From positions 1 through 52,119 of IMG/VR virus record IMGVR_UViG_3300029183_000005: a stretch of DNA of 52,119 nucleotides. One strand, given 5' to 3'. The notes under the pieces are model-generated. The model was not told the DNA's origin. It worked only from the letters and a program-made list of their open reading frames with translations, and searched no databases. The DNA comes from a virus (Duplodnaviria; Caudoviricetes). A program made the position numbers and the translations under genes. Below are positions 1 to 7,206 of the stretch, piece by piece (the stretch's first letter is position 1; the number at the start of each line of letters is the position of its first letter).

Positions 1-17
1 GTTTCCCAGTCACGATC
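1..17 (+). other. Random-amplification (SISPA-type) primer tag, library artefact
   Basis: GTTTCCCAGTCACGATC, the widely used primer A/B tag; its reverse complement ends the contig. Confidence 0.95.
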
Positions 18-77
18 CGAGGCGGCGATGAAGATCGGCCTGCCGCAATCAAGGCTGCCATCAAAAATGCAGGTCGT

Positions 78-374
78 TTGCACGAAGAACATCTGGCCCG
101 AGTGGAGCGCGCAAAGAAGACCAACGAAACTCGTAATGCCAACTTGGCTGCCAATCGGGAAGCAATGGCTCAACAACGGGCCGCCAAGCGTGAAGAGACT
201 ATGCGCCGTATCCATTCTGACTTTGTGGACTTGACCGCGGAGATAGAGGCGATGCTGCGCAACATGGAAGAAACCGACCTTCACGAAGCAAGTAACAACG
301 TCGGCAAGTTGGCTTCTATGGTCACCCGCATTCGCTACCAAGTCACCAAACGCATCAGGGAACTCGACGCATGA
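78..374 (+). CDS. Hypothetical coiled-coil early protein, probably 5'-truncated
   Basis: Frame is open back to the primer at position 18; helical charged sequence; stop overlaps the next ATG (ATGA). Confidence 0.65.
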   Translation: MHEEHLARVERAKKTNETRNANLAANREAMAQQRAAKREETMRRIHSDFVDLTAEIEAMLRNMEETDLHEASNNVGKLASMVTRIRYQVTKRIRELDA

Positions 375-652
375 GCATGGAACGTCTTGAACATGAAGTG
401 GCCGGACTGGCGACGCGCATCGAACAAATGGAGATGGTGTCGGAGAATGGCATCTATCGCCCCAGTTCACAGACATCAGTGGTGCGGCCGGTCAGTCGGG
501 AAGAATACGACGCCATGGCTTCCCACATCGCCGAGATGCATAAGACATTGAAAGCCATGAACAAACTCATCCAGGGCGTGCTCAATACGTGTGTGGAGTT
601 GGATGCACGCCAGGACGAACTCGAAGCCCGACAGGAAATCTTGGAGGGATAG
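371..652 (+). CDS. Hypothetical coiled-coil protein
   Basis: 93 aa, ATGA-coupled to the upstream gene, heptad-like pattern. Confidence 0.7.
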   Translation: MSMERLEHEVAGLATRIEQMEMVSENGIYRPSSQTSVVRPVSREEYDAMASHIAEMHKTLKAMNKLIQGVLNTCVELDARQDELEARQEILEG

Positions 653-689
653 AGCACAACAGCACGCAGCGGAAAAGAGGGAAATCGCT

Positions 690-1289
690 ATGTCTGACAA
701 GTCCAGTTTATCCAAAAATGAATACCGGGCAACGTACGTCCGGTCCACAGACGACCAGGTAATGGTCCAGGTCGCTCCGTTCGAGTTTGTGGCTGCTCCG
801 CTGGTCGGTCTGTGGGAAGAAAACGAGAACGGTAAGCGCCGGCTCCGTGGTCTGGCTATCGCCAAAATAACCGATCGGAAGTCTCTGAAGGCCAAGAACG
901 ACCAGGAAGACCGTAAACTCGACAAGCGCTTACATTGGCGAACCATCGAGCAAGTGGACCTCACCGACCTTGAATACGACGAACTGTCCAAACTGCGCAG
1001 AGCCCTGGCCGAACCGGAAAAGTACGCAGGCATGGACTGGTCTCGGGTTCCGCAGCAAGGCAAGTCCGCGTCCGATTGCGGTCATCAGCGGCTCTTCGTC
1101 CGTAGATACTGGTCCAACGTCCGGCAACGCTACGTTTTCCGCGGCGACTACATGCCCGAGGAAGACAGCGGTCTCGAATGGGACAGGGGCACAGAAGGCC
1201 GGAACCGTCTCAGGGCCGCAATCCTGGAGACCAGACTGGCAACTGCAAACCGCCTCTGGGCAGAACGTAAGAGGGAGTTGGCCAAGTGA
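690..1289 (+). CDS. Hypothetical protein
   Basis: ATG at 690 after GAGGGAAATC RBS/leader motif; GTGA overlap with the next gene. Confidence 0.75.
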   Translation: MSDKSSLSKNEYRATYVRSTDDQVMVQVAPFEFVAAPLVGLWEENENGKRRLRGLAIAKITDRKSLKAKNDQEDRKLDKRLHWRTIEQVDLTDLEYDELSKLRRALAEPEKYAGMDWSRVPQQGKSASDCGHQRLFVRRYWSNVRQRYVFRGDYMPEEDSGLEWDRGTEGRNRLRAAILETRLATANRLWAERKRELAK

Positions 1290-2374
1290 AGATCAAGCAG
1301 CAACCTATCCTGATCAGCCAAATCGAAGTCGGTGAGCGTCTGCGTGACCTTGATGAAGACCACGTCAAGATGCTCCAAGCTGACATCGAAAAACGCGGCC
1401 TACTCGACGCCATCTGGGTCCGCGAACTGGGCAAAGGCAAATACCGACTACTGGCCGGCGCACACAGACTGGCCGCGGTGAACAACCTGGAACACAAGAC
1501 GATCCGGGCAGACATTTGGGAGAAATCCGCAGATCCGAAGATTGATGAGATCGACGACCGGATCATGGAAATAGTCGAAAACCTGATGCGTAAGGAACTC
1601 CCATATAACCAAGCCGCAAAGCAGACGGCACAACTCCTTGACGAAGAAAGCTCGAAAACCTCGTTGTTAGTCACGACTAATAATAAGGCAGACGGGCCGA
1701 AGCGGAAATCCAGAGCCAAAGAAGGGGCACGGGCCAAAGTGCAAGATGGCGTTGCCGACAAGTTGGCCAAAGAGACGGGTTCGTCATCCAACGCCTTGAA
1801 GGTCAAAGCTTCACATGGCCGGGCGATCATTGAAGCTGAGAAACTGGCCGACGTCGACCTGACCTCCAGGCCCATGTCCCAGAAAGAAGTGAAGTCCGTC
1901 GCCAAGGTCACCAGGACCAAAGTGGCCGATACGCACAAACGCAAGGACGGCGCGGAGAGAGACCGCAAGTCTGCACTCAAGGCAATGGCCGAAGGCGTCA
2001 AACCAAGTGTCGTCGAGAAGGATTGGACGAACGAGTACTTCGAGTCATCCAAACCCAAATCGTCCGACCTGGATGCAGTTGCAAAACTCATGGTCGAAGC
2101 AAGGGCCAAGTACACGGACGCCTGGGAACAACTGAAAGACCTCGGACATGGGTCGAAAGCCACTGACCTGATCAAAGCAATGGCCGGTCTCATCAAGATC
2201 GAAAACGATATCAAGGCCGAAGCCAAACAGGAGAAAGAAGGGACGACAGGCGACCCTGACGAACCTTCCAATTTCAAAGCACCCAAGTCTAAGCGTGAAC
2301 AGTCTGACGAGTTGGCGTTGGCAGTGAGTGGAGATCAACCTAAACGCCGCCGTAGGAGGGCAGAGGCTCAATGA
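1286..2374 (+). CDS. ParB/Srx N-terminal domain protein
   Basis: IEVGERLR...LQADIEKRGLLDAIWV...YRLLAGAHRLAA...EIVENLMRKEL matches ParB box I/II; long basic low-complexity C-terminus. Confidence 0.85.
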   Translation: MKIKQQPILISQIEVGERLRDLDEDHVKMLQADIEKRGLLDAIWVRELGKGKYRLLAGAHRLAAVNNLEHKTIRADIWEKSADPKIDEIDDRIMEIVENLMRKELPYNQAAKQTAQLLDEESSKTSLLVTTNNKADGPKRKSRAKEGARAKVQDGVADKLAKETGSSSNALKVKASHGRAIIEAEKLADVDLTSRPMSQKEVKSVAKVTRTKVADTHKRKDGAERDRKSALKAMAEGVKPSVVEKDWTNEYFESSKPKSSDLDAVAKLMVEARAKYTDAWEQLKDLGHGSKATDLIKAMAGLIKIENDIKAEAKQEKEGTTGDPDEPSNFKAPKSKREQSDELALAVSGDQPKRRRRRAEAQ

Positions 2375-2526
2375 TCACATACACCGACACCCTGACATGG
2401 CTGAACGACACGACAATCGAGCACGTCCGGACATTCCATTTCTTCGGTCTATTCAGCTGGACCAAACAGTCCATTATCGATTGCCCGGACGGCATACTAC
2501 ACCACACGGGGCCCGAGAGACGATGA
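2371..2526 (+). CDS. Small hypothetical protein (51 aa), below the ORF-track cutoff
   Basis: ATGA overlap with the ParB stop, GAGG upstream; MITYTDTLTWLNDTTIEHVRTFHFFGLFSW... Confidence 0.5.
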   Translation: MITYTDTLTWLNDTTIEHVRTFHFFGLFSWTKQSIIDCPDGILHHTGPERR

Positions 2527-2575
2527 CCAACACTAAGACATTCCCCGACGGAAAAAAGCGAGAGGTTGTCTATTC

Positions 2576-3115
2576 ATGTCAGGAAGACAAATCGACTGGG
2601 ACGCCCTCAACCAATTCGCCAAATCCACTCGCTACCAAAAAGCGAAGAAGCCAGAGAAACAGAAGGCCGTGGGAGATCCCGCAACCTTCAATCCTCAAGC
2701 GGTCCCGGAAGCGTTACTGAAAAAGCACGAGGAAGACAAGAAGCTGAAGCGGCGGGCAGATGATGCTAGGTCTGCCCGTCGTCGCAACTACCGACAAGAC
2801 TACCCGGGCTTCGCAAAGTGGGAAAAGTTTGCCCTCAGTGAAGCGAACCGCGGCGAGCAGAAAATCGACGAACACGGCCTTTTGGACACCGACTATTCTG
2901 ATGTGGTCGAACAATGCGGCCTGACCCAATTACCCTATAAAACCAAGCGCGAATGTCAGTGGCTGTTCTTGTCCATCATCGACCGCGCCTGGAAGAATAT
3001 GCCAAAAGACTGGATGCCTGACCCGTTTAGACCGATGCCCGAAAACTGGAAGCACGACGCTGCGGAATTCTGGGATTGGGTTGAAGGCGAAGAAAGTCCA
3101 AAAAATCTACATTAG
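2576..3115 (+). CDS. Hypothetical protein
   Basis: 179 aa, GAGGT RBS upstream, co-oriented with neighbours. Confidence 0.7.
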   Translation: MSGRQIDWDALNQFAKSTRYQKAKKPEKQKAVGDPATFNPQAVPEALLKKHEEDKKLKRRADDARSARRRNYRQDYPGFAKWEKFALSEANRGEQKIDEHGLLDTDYSDVVEQCGLTQLPYKTKRECQWLFLSIIDRAWKNMPKDWMPDPFRPMPENWKHDAAEFWDWVEGEESPKNLH

Positions 3116-3119
3116 AGGG

Positions 3120-3148
3120 TTGCAAAGTCCATGTTCTTCCTGTAGGGT
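3120..3148 (+). promoter_or_regulatory. Sigma70-like promoter
   Basis: TTGCAA-N17-TAGGGT in an intergenic gap, overlapped by AAAGTCCA motif copies. Confidence 0.55.
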
Positions 3149-3174
3149 GTGTCAACTTTTTGAGAGGGATGACC

Positions 3175-3612
3175 ATGAACGAGAACGCAGAGCCGACCAA
3201 ACAATCAACGTTGGCAAATGATCTATCAACGATCCTGACTCTCGCGAGCCGCTATTACGGTTTTGCCGAACAGCTTCGGAAGAAGGGATTCTACGAGGTC
3301 GATGACAGCCACAACGAAGGCTTCAGCAAGGAAGCGATCAAGATCACTGTTGGCGAACTCGGACCCGGTGACTTTGACTGCACAATCCAAGCATTCCTGG
3401 CAGCGGAGCGCGGAGCACATGAACAGTTGACCCATCTCCTTGCCGATGCATTTCAGCGGACGGCGGATCGTCTGTTCAGTATTGCGGCCAACGCCTCGTT
3501 TCGTCTGGTTCAAGACAAGGTTGAAGAACAGAATAGACGAGCAGCCCAACGCGCACAGGCCGTAAGAACGCAAGACGCGAACGCCGAGAAGGCAGCTCCG
3601 ACCCAACACTGA
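3175..3612 (+). CDS. Hypothetical protein
   Basis: GAGGG RBS before ATG 3175; lies between a promoter and a terminator. Confidence 0.75.
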   Translation: MNENAEPTKQSTLANDLSTILTLASRYYGFAEQLRKKGFYEVDDSHNEGFSKEAIKITVGELGPGDFDCTIQAFLAAERGAHEQLTHLLADAFQRTADRLFSIAANASFRLVQDKVEEQNRRAAQRAQAVRTQDANAEKAAPTQH

Positions 3613-3644
3613 ATTTCTGCCGAGTAGTTGTCCCCCAAAACTCT

Positions 3645-3675
3645 AAGGGCTGGTCCTAGCGACTGGCCCTTTTTC
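3645..3675 (+). terminator. Rho-independent terminator
   Basis: AAGGGCTGGTC-ctagc-GACTGGCCCTT followed by a T tract. Confidence 0.85.
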
Positions 3676-3877
3676 TATTTGTAGGGGGCGATGCGTTTTG
3701 AACTCGCGACGCTGAACTCTCTCGAAGACCTACCCACCGGTATCAGCGAGACTGGCAATATGGAACCCTAGGCCGCTGGGCAACACAGGAGCTGCCGTCA
3801 TGAAGTAGCACCACCACTGATCAGGAAAACGACATAGATTGTAAAGAGTACCTAGACCGAGAATGAAGTGCACTTTG

Positions 3878-3910
3878 GGGATGGGACCAAGCCAGGGTCC
3901 TGTCCCTTTT
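3878..3910 (+). terminator. Rho-independent terminator
   Basis: GGGATGGGACC/GGTCCTGTCCC stem (G-U pairs) followed by TTTT. Confidence 0.65.
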
Positions 3911-3947
3911 GCATTTATGAGAGACAGCGAAAAAGGGAAACATCGAC

Positions 3948-4373
3948 ATGAACAAGCAAGAGATTTTCGACACTGCCGTCCGCGGTCTTCGGAAGCAAGG
4001 CGCACCGGGGTACGATAACCACGCTTCTGGTGGTCAGTGTCGATATCTGTCAGGTGAAGGTAACAAGTGTGCGGTCGGTATCTTGTTCAATGAGAAGGAG
4101 CTTCGTCACTACGCAAAGTACAGCGGCGGTATCAGCGCGTTGGTGGTCGATTCTCGGCTTAACAAAAACTTTGAACTCAGACCGTTTTTCTACGACGAGC
4201 AAGATCTTTTGGTTGATCTTCAAGACGCCCATGACGATGCGGCACAAAACTCTACCGACGCTACGGGCTTCTTGGATCTGTTCGACGTTAGCGCGCGGGA
4301 TGTTGCTGACAAGTACGACTTGAACCCGGCTGTCCTGGACGAGGTCGACGAACCTAATGACCCAGCTGCTTGA
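3948..4373 (+). CDS. Conserved phage hypothetical protein
   Basis: QEIFD..V....QG...CRY...G.KCAVG...LQ.AHD pattern recurrent in phage early genes; AAGGG RBS. Confidence 0.8.
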   Translation: MNKQEIFDTAVRGLRKQGAPGYDNHASGGQCRYLSGEGNKCAVGILFNEKELRHYAKYSGGISALVVDSRLNKNFELRPFFYDEQDLLVDLQDAHDDAAQNSTDATGFLDLFDVSARDVADKYDLNPAVLDEVDEPNDPAA

Positions 4374-4626
4374 ACTGAAGATCGACGACACGGGCAGGCC
4401 GGTGCACATGGAAGACCGGTCAGCCCTTCGCCACAACGCAACGGTCATCACCGCACTCGTTCAAAGCATCGTTGAAAGTGAAGACCACATGCCGCCAGAC
4501 GTCCAGGTGACGTACGCGAACATCCTCTACGGCATTGCACGAGAGATCGAGACGAACGTAGAGAGGCCGGCGGCGACCTGGAGGGACGATGGACGCACAG
4601 ACGAAGATCCCAATAACACACACTGA
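4357..4626 (+). CDS. Hypothetical protein
   Basis: 89 aa in a tightly packed operon. Confidence 0.65.
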   Translation: MTQLLELKIDDTGRPVHMEDRSALRHNATVITALVQSIVESEDHMPPDVQVTYANILYGIAREIETNVERPAATWRDDGRTDEDPNNTH

Positions 4627-4966
4627 CGACGGCAAGATCGAGTTCGACGTAAACGATCTCTTCAAGTTAATCCGAATGGACGCCATGAAGAAGTGGCCGC
4701 CGCATCGGATGAAGCCAACAGTCAAACGTAGTTCCGCGTCATTCAAGAGAGTCCAGAAGCGCCTGCGATATCGTTTGGGCATGGCTGCTATGGACGTCAA
4801 GATCGCTGCAGGGGCCGTGCGTAATTCATGGCTGCAGCGGAACGTTGAACTTGCCCTGAGAGAATACGGAGTCTCGTGGAGGCAAGTCGAAAAAGAGGCG
4901 CATCAGACCGGTATGCAGATCTTACATGCTGGCCGACACCTGCTGCGGATTTATGCGAATGGTTGA
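4589..4966 (+). CDS. Hypothetical basic protein
   Basis: 125 aa, GGAGGG RBS. Confidence 0.7.
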   Translation: MDAQTKIPITHTDDGKIEFDVNDLFKLIRMDAMKKWPPHRMKPTVKRSSASFKRVQKRLRYRLGMAAMDVKIAAGAVRNSWLQRNVELALREYGVSWRQVEKEAHQTGMQILHAGRHLLRIYANG

Positions 4967-5183
4967 GCAACACGAAATGCATTGGACCAATAACCTAATG
5001 AACGACGGTAAGGGTCGACCCACGATCAAGACCGTATTCGTGAAGGGTGTCATTGTCGCTTTGGGCGTTTTGATCTTCCTGTCGATGATCGGCTGTGTCG
5101 CGCCTAACGTACCTGAAGGCGGCATCTGGGATACGCAGGTGAAGCCGGCCGCATCCGAACCAGCCGAACCGGTGTCGAAATGA
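4959..5183 (+). CDS. Putative lipoprotein/membrane protein (start uncertain)
   Basis: Hydrophobic stretch ending LSMIGC (lipobox-like). Confidence 0.55.
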   Translation: MVEQHEMHWTNNLMNDGKGRPTIKTVFVKGVIVALGVLIFLSMIGCVAPNVPEGGIWDTQVKPAASEPAEPVSK

Positions 5184-5503
5184 ATGTCGCTAAGATTGCG
5201 GGCTTCTTGACCGGTTTCTTCATTGGAGCGGCAGTGCTCTATCTGCTCTTGGCGATTGCTGCCCGGGCCGATGAAGACGTCAAGAAACCAAAGGCAAACC
5301 CGCAACCCATGACGGCCGGCGCACACATGGCAGCCATGGAGAAGATCCCGGCCACAAAGCTCAAGTGCTGGCAGTTCGAAGTTATGGAATACTGGTCGGC
5401 ACTCAAGTACTACACACTCCCGTATTATAGCATACAGCAGCACACCGAACGCCTTATGGAACTGCAAGAGGCTAAGTCGGACAAGGGGTGTCAGGAGACA
5501 TGA
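5180..5503 (+). CDS. Putative secreted protein
   Basis: N-terminal hydrophobic signal ending ARA-D; ATGA coupling. Confidence 0.7.
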   Translation: MNVAKIAGFLTGFFIGAAVLYLLLAIAARADEDVKKPKANPQPMTAGAHMAAMEKIPATKLKCWQFEVMEYWSALKYYTLPYYSIQQHTERLMELQEAKSDKGCQET

Positions 5504-5832
5504 GCTGCCCGAAATGCGGAAACGTCTACAACTGGCACCCCGAATTGAACAAGTGCTTCGCTTGTGGGCACATACCTATTGAGGAACAAATGGATAATCA
5601 CTACCAAGAAATCAAAGAAGACGGCGCAGAAGGTTTCGGGGACAAGCTTTCTGACATGGCCGACAAGGTGAAAGACACGGCTCAAGAGGCGGCTGAGGAC
5701 GTGAAGACCGGCGCCAGGGGGTTTGCTGCGTCGCTCGATACCATCAGCAACAAGGTCCTGTATGTCGGCATGCACGTTGCGCTTCATGCGTTCTGGATCG
5801 GCTTCAGTCTTTGGATGGTGGGCCTGATCTGA
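5500..5832 (+). CDS. Hypothetical membrane protein (possible N-terminal Zn ribbon; alternative start 5589)
   Basis: CPKC...CFAC, LEA-like helical repeat, C-terminal TM helix. Confidence 0.65.
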   Translation: MSCPKCGNVYNWHPELNKCFACGHIPIEEQMDNHYQEIKEDGAEGFGDKLSDMADKVKDTAQEAAEDVKTGARGFAASLDTISNKVLYVGMHVALHAFWIGFSLWMVGLI

Positions 5833-6041
5833 TGCTGTGGATTCAGCTGACCCGAAAGAATGGGGACGAGGTCTTCGTCAATATTGAACGTGCATCCGCT
5901 ATGGGGCGTCGAAAGCAAGGTGAGCACGGCGAGTCCTACACGTGGATTCAACTTGGCGATAGTGATTACGCCTGCGAAATGGTCAAGGAGACTCCTGATG
6001 AGATCTTCGAGAGAGCGAGAATAGCGGAGGAATTGTCCTGA
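5832..6041 (+). CDS. FlbD/SwrD-like small protein
   Basis: WIQLTRKNGDEVFVN...VKETPDEI resembles the FlbD family pattern (I.LTR.NG...N...V.E...EV). Confidence 0.6.
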   Translation: MLWIQLTRKNGDEVFVNIERASAMGRRKQGEHGESYTWIQLGDSDYACEMVKETPDEIFERARIAEELS

Positions 6042-6154
6042 TGTTGGAGACATTCATCGCGGTTCTTATCGGCACTGCCATTGGTCTTCCTATCGGGACT
6101 GGACTGGCCGCGCTCGCCATCTTCGCTTGGGAGAACAGGAGAAAGAGGCCATGA
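6041..6154 (+). CDS. Single-TM microprotein (37 aa)
   Basis: TGATG coupling, GGAGG RBS; MLETFIAVLIGTAIGLPIGTGLAALAIFAWENRRKRP. Confidence 0.65.
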   Translation: MLETFIAVLIGTAIGLPIGTGLAALAIFAWENRRKRP

Positions 6155-6255
6155 TGTTTCTCGAACCGGTGGTGGCACTCCTGGTCAGCGGCGTTGTTGT
6201 CTTCCTGTTCGTTGCTGCTGTAGCCGAACTCGCCTTTCGATTTTATCTAGACTGA
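6151..6255 (+). CDS. Single-TM microprotein (34 aa)
   Basis: ATGA coupling, GAGG RBS; MMFLEPVVALLVSGVVVFLFVAAVAELAFRFYLD. Confidence 0.65.
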   Translation: MMFLEPVVALLVSGVVVFLFVAAVAELAFRFYLD

Positions 6256-6258
6256 ACC

Positions 6259-6544
6259 TGCTACGGAGGCGCCGCTGGTGGCTGTCTACCACTGTAATGT
6301 CGACCGTAGCAAACCGTTGGTGGTTCTTATCCCCTTTGAGCGGGGGAAAGGGCAGATGGCATCAACGGGGGGTCGGGTTTGGGGCAATCCTCATTCTCGA
6401 CCCCGAACCAATTAGATCGGCACCTATAGAGCAGTAGTTCGTTAAGGACCGATCTATACGCGGATGCCCTGGACTTGCTAGCGGTCACGCCTTGAGCACA
6501 GGGAGCCTACAGCTGGAGTTGCGAACCGCCATCCGCGGCTGCCA
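6259..6544 (+). ncRNA. Candidate structured ncRNA: five consecutive stem-loops
   Basis: Closing stems TGCTACGG/CCGTAGCA, CCGTTGGTG/CATCAACGG, GGGGTCGGG/CTCGACCCC, TAGATCGG/CCGATCTA, CGCGGATG/CATCCGCG in a gap with no credible ORF. Confidence 0.55.
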
Positions 6545-6591
6545 CTACTAACTGTTACAAAACTCTAACAAACTGCAACAGGGTTCTTGCT

Positions 6592-6792
6592 ATGGACATT
6601 GAACGCATGAAGTCTGGTCGATCTCATATGATAGTCGCGCGGGATCAATTGTTGCCGTTGTATGAAGAACTCGGTCGAAAGCGGAGTTGCCCAGCTAGCT
6701 GGCAGCTTCGTGTAGAGATCGGTAAGTGCATCCATGATTTGGAAAGTGTGATAGCGGACCTCGCAGAGATCCTTCGGCGTAAATCGAGATAG
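6592..6792 (+). CDS. Hypothetical protein (66 aa)
   Basis: Helical ORF between two structured regions. Confidence 0.55.
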   Translation: MDIERMKSGRSHMIVARDQLLPLYEELGRKRSCPASWQLRVEIGKCIHDLESVIADLAEILRRKSR

Positions 6793-6799
6793 CCTCACC

Positions 6800-6909
6800 G
6801 ACAAACAACGACGCGCACCCACTGTTCCGCTGCTAGGGGCTACAGCTCCGCACAGAGGGTCGGCCTTTTCCCTGCCGATTTCTCCGGTGGGTGCGCATCC
6901 TTGTTTGTT
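6800..6909 (+). ncRNA. Candidate structured RNA element (long multibranch hairpin)
   Basis: GACAAACAA/TTGTTTGTT and GCGCACCCACTG/CGGTGGGTGCGC stems enclosing two small hairpins. Confidence 0.5.
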
Positions 6910-6954
6910 AAGGGTCCACAGAGTCGACGTAGTCCAAGTAGAGGAGAGGGCACA

Positions 6955-7206
6955 GTGAATATAGTAACGTACGACGGGTTTGACTTTATGCGGACGGACT
7001 TCGAGGGGACGACAACCTTCGATCCGGTCGACGATGCTCCGATAACGATCTTCGAAGAGCCGCACGGAGCCTGGAGCGTTCACAAGATGTACCCAAATTC
7101 CCAACGGCGAAGTGGCTTCGTCTACGAGAAGAAGAACTTCCGCAACCTGGACCGGGCCTTCCAGTCCGCGACGACATTTCTGAAGAGTCAAGCAGGAAAA
7201 TACTAA
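6955..7206 (+). CDS. Hypothetical protein
   Basis: GTG start after AGGAGAGGG; TAATG coupling to polA. Confidence 0.7.
   Translation: MNIVTYDGFDFMRTDFEGTTTFDPVDDAPITIFEEPHGAWSVHKMYPNSQRRSGFVYEKKNFRNLDRAFQSATTFLKSQAGKY

Noticed and set aside
1-17. Apparent 17-bp terminal inverted repeat with 52103-52119
   Set aside because: It is the GTTTCCCAGTCACGATC amplification primer, not a biological ITR or a protein-primed end
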